A stretch of 64,000 nt of DNA from Acidobacteriota bacterium (GTDB lineage: Bacteria; Acidobacteriota; UBA6911; RPQK01; JAJDTT01): contig OZ242374.1 in assembly GCA_965209055.1 (NCBI GenBank), positions 3,680,001 to 3,744,000 of the forward strand, written 5' to 3'. The position numbers and the translations under genes were made by a program. This document shows, piece by piece, positions 1 through 9,456 of the stretch (the stretch's first letter is position 1; every line of letters begins with the position of its first letter). The notes beneath the pieces were generated by a model. That model did not search any database. It saw only the letters and a program-made list of their open reading frames with translations, and had not been told where the DNA came from.

Positions 1-75
1 CGTATGCTCGTTCCCGTCCCGGTCCCGGCCGTGCTCCAGGACGTCGATCCGATGTTGCGGTTTCTGAGTGTGCAT
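1..75 (-). CDS. 5' end of a gene running off the window (MHTQKPQHRIDVLEHGRDRDGNEHT...), possibly chlorite dismutase/HemQ-like
   Basis: ATG at 75, open frame to the window edge; only 25 codons visible. Confidence 0.3.
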   Translation of the reverse strand, partial: MHTQKPQHRIDVLEHGRDRDGNEHT

Positions 76-135
76 GCGCGCCATTCTACTCGATCGGCGA
101 ATGCACACCGATCCCGAGTCCCGGAACGAAAGAGC

Positions 136-540
136 CTAGACTCCAAGTGTTGAGAGAAACCGGGGAGCGTTGACGATCTTGGTGCCGCGGTGTTCTCCGA
201 GGGGCAACAGATGCCGCCGGTCACCCGTTACGAGAAAATCGGCAGCGGATTCGACCGCGCACGCCAGGATCTGGTTGTCGGCTTCGTTATTCACGATTAC
301 GTTTGGCAACTGTCGGGGCTCAATGATGGTTGCCGAATCGCCTAACATTGCAATCGCGCGGTCCGAAACTGTCTCCTTCCAACCGAACTTCCGCACCAAT
401 ACTCCACGAACCTCATCCAAAATCAACGGGGAGAGGACCAATGCATACCGCCCTCGGCGGGCCAGATCGAGAACGAGACGCTCGTTTCCAGGAAAGTTCA
501 GGCCGGAGACAATGACGTTGGTGTCCAGAACGACCCTCAT
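136..540 (-). CDS. PIN-domain toxin (VapC-like, PIN_3 type)
   Basis: MRVVLDTNV N-terminus, DNQILACA, ADFLVTGD; overlaps the upstream RHH gene. Confidence 0.9.
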   Translation of the reverse strand: MRVVLDTNVIVSGLNFPGNERLVLDLARRGRYALVLSPLILDEVRGVLVRKFGWKETVSDRAIAMLGDSATIIEPRQLPNVIVNNEADNQILACAVESAADFLVTGDRRHLLPLGEHRGTKIVNAPRFLSTLGV

Positions 541-794
541 GAGCGAGAAGCGGCTGTCTCGGCCCGAAACTCCTCAACCAGGAGCCCCACATCCTCTGGA
601 CCGATGCCCTTCTCCCTCGTCCGCCGTTCACCATACTGGAGCAACTGCCTCCATTCGCACTCCTCGATGTACCGGAGCAGTGCCGTTCGCAGAAGTGCGC
701 TCCTGGTGCGGCCTTCCTGCTTCAAGATCTCGTCGACCCTGTCCGCCAACTCGGGCGGCAGCGAGAACGTAATGGTCCTGCTGGTTCTGGCCAT
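537..794 (-). CDS. CopG/ribbon-helix-helix antitoxin
   Basis: TITFSLPPELADRVD...RTRSALLRTAL RHH pattern; 4-nt overlap with the PIN gene. Confidence 0.85.
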   Translation of the reverse strand: MARTSRTITFSLPPELADRVDEILKQEGRTRSALLRTALLRYIEECEWRQLLQYGERRTREKGIGPEDVGLLVEEFRAETAASRS

Positions 795-876
795 ATTGCC
801 TCTAGCTGTGTGTTATCGAGTCTTACTCAAGTCTCCCATCCGACTTGGACGATTGTCAAAGTTCTCAGACTCCAGT

Positions 877-2166
877 CTACGCCATCGTCTCGTCCAACCT
901 CCGGGCCCGGTCGACCTGCGCAGGCCGAACCAGCGGGAGCAGGAGGATGGGTACGATGATCATCAGGCCCGAGACCAGGAACGAGTGCTCGTAGGAAAAG
1001 ACCTCGCGGACCGGTCCGGCCATCCAGTTCCCGATGACGTGACCCACGTTGGAGAGGGTCATGTAGGTGGTGAAGATGGTGGCTGCTGAACGGGTCCAGG
1101 TGATCCGCATGGAGAAAGAAAGGAAACTGACGCCGACCACCGCCCAAAGCGCCGGCGCTGCAATCAGGTAGAGGATCGTGAACCACGAGTCGGACCAGAG
1201 TCCGGGCAGGGCCCCGAAGAGCAAAGCCAGGAGGGCCGAGGCTCCCAAGCTGACACCCATGACGCGGCGGCGCCCGAAGCGGTCGGCCAGGAACCCGGCA
1301 CCGATGGCTCCCAGGAATTCGGGAACCACAGCGTAGGATGAGACCAGGGAGACATCCACGAAGCTCCATCCCAACTGTTGCGTGTAGAGGGCCTTGGAAA
1401 CGATCTCCGTCACGCCAAAGCCGATGGTCTTGACGAGTGCGAGGAGGGCGAAAACGTACATGGAGCTCAGGGCGAAGCCGTAACGCATGTCCCGAAGGAC
1501 CTCCATGGGACTGCGGACGCTGGGAGCCTTCACGTCTTCGGAAGCTTGGCCCCGGCTCCAGGGAAAGCGCTTCTCCCCCGACCTCTCCAGCAGCAGCAGG
1601 GGCAGCAGCATGATGACCACCATGAAGGCGAACTGCACCAGGACCGCAGCCGGGATCCCCCAGTGGCTCATCACCACGGCCATGAGACCGGCGCCGACCC
1701 CCTTGCCCACCAGCTTGGAACCCCACATCAAGCCGTTGACCTGCCCATATTCGTTCCGGGGCAGGATGTCCACTGCCAAGGCATCGGTGGCGACGTCCTG
1801 CAGCGAGGCGAAGCAGTTGTGTATGAAGAACATCCAACCCAGGAACTGAAGGTCGCCCTCCAGGTTGCCCATGAGGAGCAGCCCCAGCATGGTGACGCCC
1901 ATCATCAGTTCCGCACCGATGATCCAGGGGCGGCGCCGGCCCATGGAGCGGATGGTCACGGTGTCGATTAGCGGCGCCCAGACCAGCTTGAAGGTCCAGG
2001 GGACCAGGACGATGGCGGCCAGTTCACCGGCCCGAGCCTCGTTGACGCCTTGGGCGGTCAGGTACGAGATCAGGGCGATGGTCATGAACCCCCAGGGGAG
2101 CCCCTGGGCGGCATAGAGGCCGCATAAGGTTGCGATACGTTGCCAGCGGCTGTCGGCCATGGACAT
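877..2166 (-). CDS. MFS transporter, AmpG-like
   Basis: LYAAQGLPWG, PWTFKLVWAPLID, GRRRPWI, SLQDVATDALAVD motifs; start chosen at 2166 next to the upstream stop. Confidence 0.85.
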   Translation of the reverse strand: MSMADSRWQRIATLCGLYAAQGLPWGFMTIALISYLTAQGVNEARAGELAAIVLVPWTFKLVWAPLIDTVTIRSMGRRRPWIIGAELMMGVTMLGLLLMGNLEGDLQFLGWMFFIHNCFASLQDVATDALAVDILPRNEYGQVNGLMWGSKLVGKGVGAGLMAVVMSHWGIPAAVLVQFAFMVVIMLLPLLLLERSGEKRFPWSRGQASEDVKAPSVRSPMEVLRDMRYGFALSSMYVFALLALVKTIGFGVTEIVSKALYTQQLGWSFVDVSLVSSYAVVPEFLGAIGAGFLADRFGRRRVMGVSLGASALLALLFGALPGLWSDSWFTILYLIAAPALWAVVGVSFLSFSMRITWTRSAATIFTTYMTLSNVGHVIGNWMAGPVREVFSYEHSFLVSGLMIIVPILLLPLVRPAQVDRARRLDETMA

Positions 2167-3413
2167 CAGCGATGGTTCTCCTTCGGCTTCAGGATCGAAT
2201 AGTGAGCAATCAACAACAACACGGCGCCGGTCAGTCCGATGCACCCCCCCACGTAGAAGGGAAGGGACGAGGAAAAATCAGGACTGTCCGGCGACTGCAG
2301 GTTCCTCATCACCGTGGCGAACAGAGTGGAGGCGAGCCCGCTCAGAGTGGTGGAGAACCCGATGGCTGGGCCTCGCAACTCGATGGGCATGTGCTCGGTG
2401 ATGTAGCCGGTCTGAGACCAGCGCATGAGTTGCCTCAGGAACTCGAACAGTGCGGTAAACAACACCACTCCGTAGACGTTGGAGGACAGACCGATGCCCA
2501 GGCTACTGGCGGCATAGGCTCCCAGCACCGCCGCGGCCATGAGGGCGCCGGCCTTCTTCCCGGCGATGAGGATGATGAAAAGCCCGCCCAGGAACTGCAT
2601 GCCGTAGCCGGCGGTGAGGAGCGTGGACCAGCCCTGGTCCACGGCGCCCACCTTCAGCGCGATTTCCTCGGCTTCGGCCCGGTACGGCAGGTAGATGTTG
2701 ACGGTCTGGAATACGGGTCCGCCCATGAGGCTCAGGGGAATGACCATGGCCAGATACCGGGGCATGCGCAACAGGGAGAAATTGGTTTTCCAGTCTTCCT
2801 CCACGAGCTGGCGCCGAACCGGCCCCGCGTGTCTCGCCACGGTCCGGATCAGCAGCGCGCCTGCAACGCACAGGGCCGTGTGAAACCAGAGTGTGGGAAC
2901 GAAGTCTCCGGGAGATGGGTCCCCGTTGGACGTCCACGTCAGAATCGCCGCGCCCAAAGGGGCTCCCAGGAAGCTGCCTCCGCCGAGGGCAATCATCAGC
3001 AGGGCGTTCGCCCACCCCCGCTTGCCCGTAGCCGCGGTCTGGACGAAGGCCATGGCCCCGACCCATTGTGCGGCGGCCGTGATCCCGTACAGCAGTCCCG
3101 CAAAGGGGACCACCCAGTAGCCCGGAATGAAGATCAGCAGCAGACCCAGCCCGGCAAACCCGGCGACGCCGCTGGACCAGACGTCGCGCTCGTCGACTCG
3201 GGACGCCAGCAGACCGGAGAGGGTGGAGCCTGCGATGAAGGCGACCAGCCAATAGAAGCTGAAGGTTTCGTAGGCGTCCCTGGGATATTCGAGGGCGCTG
3301 AAATACAGCGGCGTGCTGTAGCGGATGAGCGCGTGGGACAGGTAGTTGGACAGCGCGATGCCGAACACCAGACCGAGTCGCGGAGTGCCTGCTCTGGCGT
3401 CGCCTGACTGCAT
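2166..3413 (-). CDS. MFS transporter
   Basis: 415 aa with about 12 hydrophobic segments; MFS-like loop ELRGPAIG. Confidence 0.75.
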   Translation of the reverse strand: MQSGDARAGTPRLGLVFGIALSNYLSHALIRYSTPLYFSALEYPRDAYETFSFYWLVAFIAGSTLSGLLASRVDERDVWSSGVAGFAGLGLLLIFIPGYWVVPFAGLLYGITAAAQWVGAMAFVQTAATGKRGWANALLMIALGGGSFLGAPLGAAILTWTSNGDPSPGDFVPTLWFHTALCVAGALLIRTVARHAGPVRRQLVEEDWKTNFSLLRMPRYLAMVIPLSLMGGPVFQTVNIYLPYRAEAEEIALKVGAVDQGWSTLLTAGYGMQFLGGLFIILIAGKKAGALMAAAVLGAYAASSLGIGLSSNVYGVVLFTALFEFLRQLMRWSQTGYITEHMPIELRGPAIGFSTTLSGLASTLFATVMRNLQSPDSPDFSSSLPFYVGGCIGLTGAVLLLIAHYSILKPKENHR

Positions 3414-3514
3414 CGCTCAGCTCACGACACCGAGTAGAAAGACAGGCCTCCCGGTACCGCCATCGGTGTGCCTGGCAACGCCGCGATTGTAGCCATGGAC
3501 GCCCATCGTACCCA

Positions 3515-5272
3515 TCAGATGCGTGCCTGGTAAGTGTAAAGCTGGAAATAACGGCCCTGCTGCCGGATCAACTCCTCGTGACCGCCCCGTTCCACGATCT
3601 CGCCCGCCTCCACCACCAGGATCTGGTGTGCTTGGCGAATGGTGCTGAGACGATGGGCGATGACGAAGGTGGTGCGTCCCCGCAACAGTCCGGCCAGGCT
3701 CTGTTGGATGTAGAGTTCGCTTTCGGTGTCCAGATTGGAGGTGGCTTCGTCCAGGATCAGAATCCTGGGATCGGCCAAGAGGGCCCGGGCGATGGAGACC
3801 CGCTGGCGCTGTCCTCCCGAGAGCTTCACGCCCCGCTCTCCGATGAGGGTCTCGAGTCCCTGGTCGAATTGGTCGGTGAACTCCTTGACATGGGAGGCCC
3901 GCACGGCTTCCAGCAGCTCCTCCTCGCTGGCCTGGGGCCGGCCGAAGAGGATGTTCTCGCGGATGGTTCCCTCGTACAGGAAGTCGTCCTGAAGCACGAC
4001 TCCCAGCCGGGACCGGTACGATTGCAGAGTCACCGTGGACAGGTCGCGGCCGTCAACCAGGACCCGGCCCTGGTCCGGCTTCAGGAAGGAGGCCGCCAGG
4101 CCTGCCAGCGTGGTCTTTCCCGAACCGGAGCTCCCCACCAACGCCGTCACGCTCCCCGCGGGAGCGTCGAAGCTCACTTTCTTCAATACCGGGTTCCCCG
4201 GCTCGTAGGAGAAGGTGACATCTTGGAAGACGACATGGCCTTCCACGTCGTCCAGGACCACAGTCCGGTCCGGGTCGTCGTCTTCCCGGGCTGTCGTCAG
4301 GATCTCTTCGCTGCGGTCGAGACCGGCGAAGGCCTCGGTGATCTGGCTGCCGATGTTGCCCATCTGGACGATGGGTGCGATGAGGAATCCCAGGAAGAGG
4401 GTGAAGGAGACGAAATCCCCCACCGTCATCTCGCCCTCCAGAATCATGGAACTCCCCAGGCCCATGATCCCCACGCTGGCCAGTCCCAGAAGCAGCGTCG
4501 ACGCGCTGGTGACCAGGCTGGTGGCGGTGAGGGACTTCCTGACGTTTTTGAAGATCCTCGCCACCCCTTTTTCGAAGACGCGGATCTCCTGGCGCTCGGC
4601 GCTGAACCCCTTGATGACCCGGATGCCGCCCAGGGATTCGGCGAGCCGGCCGGTGACGTCGGCGTTGATCTTGCCCCGCTCGCGGAAGATGGGCCGGATG
4701 TAACCGAAGGCCTTCAGCGAGATCAGTCCCAGGATGGTGAGGGGGACCAGGGTGTAAAGCGTCATCAGGACGCTGATCCTGAAGAGGAAGAAGAGGGAGC
4801 CGATGGCGGTCAGGACTCCGCCGAAGAGGTGGACGAGTCCCGTGCCGACCAGGTTCCGGACGCCCTCCACGTCGGTCATGATCCGGGAGACCAGTTCGCC
4901 CGACTTGGTGTTGTCGAAGAACCGGATGGGGAGAAAGATGATGTGGCGCTGGACCTGCGCCCGGAGCAGGGAAATCAGGTGCTGGGCCTCCACGCTCAGG
5001 AGCTTGGTGAGGAAGAAGGCGCTGAACGCCTGAACCGCGATGGCCACCGTCACGCCCGCCAGCAGCAGACGGAGCAACTCGACGTCCCCTTTGCCGATCA
5101 CGTCGTCGACGAGAAACTTGCTGGCGGCGGGCAGGGCGAGACCCGACATCCGGTTCAGCAGGATCAGGGCCAGACCCAGCAGGAGCAGCTTGCGGCGCGG
5201 CCAGATGATCTTCCGGAAGGCGTAGCGGACGGTGGCGAGAGAAGGCTTCTTCCTGCTCTTTCGCGATCGCAT
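3515..5272 (-). CDS. ABC exporter, fused permease/ATPase (MsbA/Sav1866-like)
   Basis: N-terminal TM domain; Walker A GSSGSGKT, LSGGQRQR, ILDEATS, IAHRLST. Confidence 0.95.
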   Translation of the reverse strand: MRSRKSRKKPSLATVRYAFRKIIWPRRKLLLLGLALILLNRMSGLALPAASKFLVDDVIGKGDVELLRLLLAGVTVAIAVQAFSAFFLTKLLSVEAQHLISLLRAQVQRHIIFLPIRFFDNTKSGELVSRIMTDVEGVRNLVGTGLVHLFGGVLTAIGSLFFLFRISVLMTLYTLVPLTILGLISLKAFGYIRPIFRERGKINADVTGRLAESLGGIRVIKGFSAERQEIRVFEKGVARIFKNVRKSLTATSLVTSASTLLLGLASVGIMGLGSSMILEGEMTVGDFVSFTLFLGFLIAPIVQMGNIGSQITEAFAGLDRSEEILTTAREDDDPDRTVVLDDVEGHVVFQDVTFSYEPGNPVLKKVSFDAPAGSVTALVGSSGSGKTTLAGLAASFLKPDQGRVLVDGRDLSTVTLQSYRSRLGVVLQDDFLYEGTIRENILFGRPQASEEELLEAVRASHVKEFTDQFDQGLETLIGERGVKLSGGQRQRVSIARALLADPRILILDEATSNLDTESELYIQQSLAGLLRGRTTFVIAHRLSTIRQAHQILVVEAGEIVERGGHEELIRQQGRYFQLYTYQARI

Positions 5273-5371
5273 AGAGAATCCGGCGGGAGAGACGGGGCAC
5301 ATCCCCGGGAAGCGGCCTCATTCTTACCGATTCGGGAAAGCTTTTCCAGGAGAGGGCTGGAGGGGAAGTTG

Positions 5372-6012
5372 CCCAACCGCCGAACTCCGAAATGACAATT
5401 TCCCACCCAGGAACGGGCGATTGGAAATCGCCCCTCCTATGGGGCGGCGGTTTCCCAACCGCCGGACTCCGGAGCGACAATTTCCCACCCAGGAACGGGC
5501 GATCGGAAATCTCCCCTCCTATGGGGCGGCGGTTTCCCAACCGCCGGACTCCGGAGCGACGATCCAGCACCCAGGAACGGGCGATTGGAAATTGTCCCTC
5601 CTATGGGGCGGCGGTTTCCCAACCGCCGGACTCCGGAGCGACGATCCAGCACCCAGGAACGGGCGATTGGAAATCGCCTCTCCTCTGGAGCGGCGGTTTC
5701 CCAACCGCCGGACTCCGGAGCGACGATCCAGCACCGAAGAACGGGCGATCGGAAATCTCCCCTCCTATGGGGCGGCGGTTTCCCAACCGCCGGACTCCGG
5801 AGCGACGATCCAGCACCGAAGAACGGGCGATCGGAAATCTCCCCTCCTATGGGGCGGCGGTTTCCCAACCGCCGGACTCCGGAGCGACGATCCAGCACCC
5901 AGGAACGGGCGATTGGAAATCTCCCCTCCTATGGGGCGGCGGTTTCCCAACCGCCGAACTCCGAAATGACAATTTTCCACCGAAGAACGGGCGATCGGAA
6001 ATCGCCTCTCCT
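5372..6012. repeat. Tandem array of about 7.8 x 82-bp units, each with two REP-like hairpins (BIME/REPIN-like)
   Basis: CCCAACCGCC recurs at 5372, 5454, 5536, 5618, 5700, 5782, 5864 and 5946; hairpins GGGCGATT-GGA-AATCGCCC and GGCGGTT-TCCC-AACCGCC. Confidence 0.95.
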
Positions 6013-6127
6013 GGCGCCACCACAGCCGCCTCCCACAGTGGTCATTGCTCGGCTTGCGCGGCTGAATTTCTCAGACTCTCAATGTTAGAATCAACTGGCT
6101 TATATCCTCACGTCCGGGGAGGACTCG

Positions 6128-9100
6128 ATGGAGTTGGGAAACTGGAAAATTCCGGCGCCGTGGCTGCTCGCGGTGCTCCTTTCCCAGCCTCTCCTCGCCG
6201 GTTCGGCGGACGACGGCGAGTATTTCGAAAAGAAGATCCGGCCGCTCCTGGCCGAACACTGCTACGCCTGTCACTCCAGCACCAGCCAGCCGGTCATGGG
6301 CGGGCTGATCCTGGACCAGGAAGAGGGCTTTCGCAAGGGTGGTAGCCGCGGGTCTCCCGTGGTCGCGGGCGATCCCGGGTCGAGCCTGCTGATTCGCGCC
6401 GTCACCCACCAGGATGACAAGCTGCGCATGCCCCTGGCGGGCCGGCTGGCGGATCGGGAGATCGCCCTGCTCACGGATTGGGTGCGGATGGGCGCCCCCT
6501 GGGGGATGACCGCCGACCCGGACCAGACAGCCTCCGGGACGGAAGGCTTCTGGGCCTTCGAGCCTCCGGTGGAACCCTCTCGGCCACAAGTCCGGCGAGT
6601 TGATTGGGTCCGTTCTCCCATCGACCGATTCATCCTGGCCCGGTTGGAAGCCGAAGGGCTGGAGCCGGCGCCGGCGGCGGATCGGCGGACCCTCATCCGG
6701 CGGGCCACCTTCGACCTGACCGGACTCCCCCCCACCATCGAGGAGATCCGGGATTTCCTCCAGGACCGCTCGCCGGGAGCCTACTCCCGGTTGATCGAAC
6801 GCCTCCTGTCCTCGCCCCGCTACGGAGAGCGTTGGGGCCGCCACTGGTTGGACGTGGCCCGCTACGCCGATTCCAACGGGCTGGACGAGAACATGGCGTA
6901 TACAACGGCCTTCCGCTACCGGGACTACGTGGTCCAGGCCCTCAACCGGGACAAGCCCTACGATCAGTTCGTGCGGGAGCAGTTGGCCGGAGATCTCCTG
7001 CCCGAAACGGGTGATCTGGAGACCACGCTGGAGCGCTGGACGGCCACCGGATTCCTCTCCCTGGGTCCCAAGATGCTGGCGGAAGACGACCCCGTGAAGA
7101 TGCGGATGGACATCATCGACGAGCAGCTCGACACCAGCTTTCGGGCGTTCCTGGGGCTGACGGTGGGCTGCGCCCGTTGCCACGACCACAAGTTCGATCC
7201 CGTCTCGATTCGGGACTACTACTCGCTGGCCGGAATCTTCAGAAGCTCCAAGACCATGGAGCACCACGACGTGGTGGCCGAGTGGCATGAGCATGTCCTG
7301 GCTCCGGCGCACGACCGCCACCAACTGCGGCAGCAGCGGGAGAAGATCGAGGCCAAGACCAAGGCCATCGAATCGGTGACCAAGCGGGAGAACAAGAAGC
7401 TGGTCCAGGAGGGCCGCACCCGGGTGGGCGCCTACCTGCTGGCCGCCCAGGAGTTGGCGGAGTACCGGAAGATCCGCCTCAAGAGCGTGTTCGAAGGACG
7501 GAATCCCGAAGGGGAACCCCTGGCCGTGCGGGAGGCGGGGAGCTGGGAGCGGGGAAACGTCGAGCGGGAGTTGAAGAAGGGAAAGACGAATATCCCCGAT
7601 GCCGAGGGTTCCGACGCGCCTCCCGATGCCTATTTCGCCGAGTACGACATCCGGACCCCCGCAGCCGGCCCCTACCAGTTGGAGTTTCTGGAAGCCGAGA
7701 CCGGCGCCGGCACTGCGGATATCCACATCAACGGCACCCTGGTCAAGCGGGGGATCGAGGCCATCGAGAACCGGACCGCCTCACCCGACTCGGGAGGGTG
7801 GATGGTGGCCGGAATCTTCGACCTCGAGGCCGGGCCCAACACGTTGCGCCTGGAGCACAAGACCCGCTTTCCCTATTTTGAGAAGCTGCTGTTGACCCCC
7901 AATCCCCTACCGGAAGGCGCCCCGATCCCCAGGACCCTGGTCCAGGTGGCCCATCGGGACGGCCTGAACCCCGTCTTTCTGTACCAGTGGATCGATCGCC
8001 TCCGCCGGAGCCGCGGTGCGCCCTATTCGGTGCTTTATGCCTGGCACGCCCGGGCCGACGGAATATCGCGGGAGGGGTGGCAGTCACCGGCGGCGAGGCT
8101 CTTCCAGGATTTTGAGGCGACCGGTCTGGCGGAGCTGGCCGCCCAGTATCAGAAGCAGTTCCGTCTGGCGGAGGAGGCCTGGCGGGCGCTGGTAAGGGAG
8201 CGGGAAGTCGTCACCAGGAAGTTCAGCACGGTCCGCGCCGACGACGAGATCGAAGAGACCAAGCTGGAGGATCCGGCCCTGGAGGCCATGAGAGCGATCC
8301 TCTACGAGAAATGGGGGCCCTTCCGGCCGCCCGAGAAGACCACCGAGTACTTTCCCGAGGCCGCTCTCCGGGAGCTGGACGCCCTGGAAGAGGAACGGAA
8401 GAAGCTGGAGGAAGGCAAACCCGATCTTCCCACGGCCATGGGAATCACCGAAGGCCAGCAGATCGACGACTTGGCCATCCATCTGCGCGGCAGCCATTGG
8501 GACCTGGGTGAGAAGGTGCCGCGAGGATTTCCGGGACTGGGCCGCAAGTCGCTGGAACAGCTTCGGGACCCGGCAAGCAGCGGACGGCTGGAACTGGCGA
8601 ATTGGATCACCCGCGACGACAATCCTTTGGCGGCTCGCGTCATGGTCAACCGGATCTGGCGCTGGCACATGGGACGGGGATTGGTGGCCTCCACCGACAA
8701 CTTTGGCCGGCTGGGCGACGCACCCACTCACCCCGATTTGCTCAACTGGCTGGCGATCCGATTCGTGGAAGGGAATTGGTCCCTGAAACGGATGCATCGT
8801 CTCATCATGCTTTCCGCCACCTATCGGATGAGCACCCGGTATTCCGCCGAAGGGTCGGAAAAGGATCCTGAGAATCGACTGCTTTGGCGGATGAACCGGC
8901 GCCAGTTGGAAGCCGAGGCGATTCGCGACTCCATCCTGGCCGTTTCCGCCTACCTGGACCTGAAGCCGGGAGGATCGTTGTTGGGCCAGAGCGGCCGGGA
9001 GTATATCCGGCCCGGAACCCGTTACGACTGGAATCGAAGGTCGATCTATCTTCCGGTGGTGCGCAGTTCCATGTACGATTTCCTGCGGGCCTTCGATTTC

Positions 9101-9445
9101 GCCGATCCGTCGGTGACGGACGGAGACCGCGGCGCCAGCGTGGTGGCGCCGCAGGCCTTGTTCCTGATGAACGATTCTCTGGTGCTGGAGAACTCGCGGC
9201 GGATGGCCACCGGACTCCTGGCCAGGGAAGACCTGGACGAGGCCGCACGGGTCCGCGTGGCCTACGAGCGCGCGTTGGGCCGTCTGCCCAACCAGGAGGA
9301 GTCGCGCCGCGCCCTGGAATTCGTGGCCCGCATGGATGCGGGCTGGCGAGACCGGGTCGAAGAGCCCGGCGAACGCCGCCTCCGGTCCTGGCAGGGATTC
9401 TGCCAGGCGCTGATGGCGTCGAGTGAATTCGCGTATCTGAATTAG
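6128..9445 (+). CDS. Planctomycete cytochrome c + DUF1549 (PSCyt2) + DUF1553 (PSD1) protein with an internal CBM-like insert
   Basis: Signal peptide; CYACH; YGERWGRHWLDVARYADS; CARCHDHKFDP; SGRLELANWI; ARVMVNRIW. Confidence 0.93.
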   Translation: MELGNWKIPAPWLLAVLLSQPLLAGSADDGEYFEKKIRPLLAEHCYACHSSTSQPVMGGLILDQEEGFRKGGSRGSPVVAGDPGSSLLIRAVTHQDDKLRMPLAGRLADREIALLTDWVRMGAPWGMTADPDQTASGTEGFWAFEPPVEPSRPQVRRVDWVRSPIDRFILARLEAEGLEPAPAADRRTLIRRATFDLTGLPPTIEEIRDFLQDRSPGAYSRLIERLLSSPRYGERWGRHWLDVARYADSNGLDENMAYTTAFRYRDYVVQALNRDKPYDQFVREQLAGDLLPETGDLETTLERWTATGFLSLGPKMLAEDDPVKMRMDIIDEQLDTSFRAFLGLTVGCARCHDHKFDPVSIRDYYSLAGIFRSSKTMEHHDVVAEWHEHVLAPAHDRHQLRQQREKIEAKTKAIESVTKRENKKLVQEGRTRVGAYLLAAQELAEYRKIRLKSVFEGRNPEGEPLAVREAGSWERGNVERELKKGKTNIPDAEGSDAPPDAYFAEYDIRTPAAGPYQLEFLEAETGAGTADIHINGTLVKRGIEAIENRTASPDSGGWMVAGIFDLEAGPNTLRLEHKTRFPYFEKLLLTPNPLPEGAPIPRTLVQVAHRDGLNPVFLYQWIDRLRRSRGAPYSVLYAWHARADGISREGWQSPAARLFQDFEATGLAELAAQYQKQFRLAEEAWRALVREREVVTRKFSTVRADDEIEETKLEDPALEAMRAILYEKWGPFRPPEKTTEYFPEAALRELDALEEERKKLEEGKPDLPTAMGITEGQQIDDLAIHLRGSHWDLGEKVPRGFPGLGRKSLEQLRDPASSGRLELANWITRDDNPLAARVMVNRIWRWHMGRGLVASTDNFGRLGDAPTHPDLLNWLAIRFVEGNWSLKRMHRLIMLSATYRMSTRYSAEGSEKDPENRLLWRMNRRQLEAEAIRDSILAVSAYLDLKPGGSLLGQSGREYIRPGTRYDWNRRSIYLPVVRSSMYDFLRAFDFADPSVTDGDRGASVVAPQALFLMNDSLVLENSRRMATGLLAREDLDEAARVRVAYERALGRLPNQEESRRALEFVARMDAGWRDRVEEPGERRLRSWQGFCQALMASSEFAYLN

Positions 9446-9456
9446 AGGTTCGTGCT

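Noticed and set aside
3578-5395. Long antisense or alternate-frame ORFs here and elsewhere (e.g. 6071-7726, 12386-13855, 36333-38066)
   Set aside because: They are high-GC shadows of well-supported genes and carry no motifs of their own.
5372-6012. CRISPR array
   Set aside because: The inter-hairpin segments are near-identical variants, not unique spacers, and there are no cas genes in the window.
5232-6345. Repetitive ORFs of 153-317 aa across the array
   Set aside because: They arise from a stop-poor 82-bp repeat that is open in several frames on both strands.
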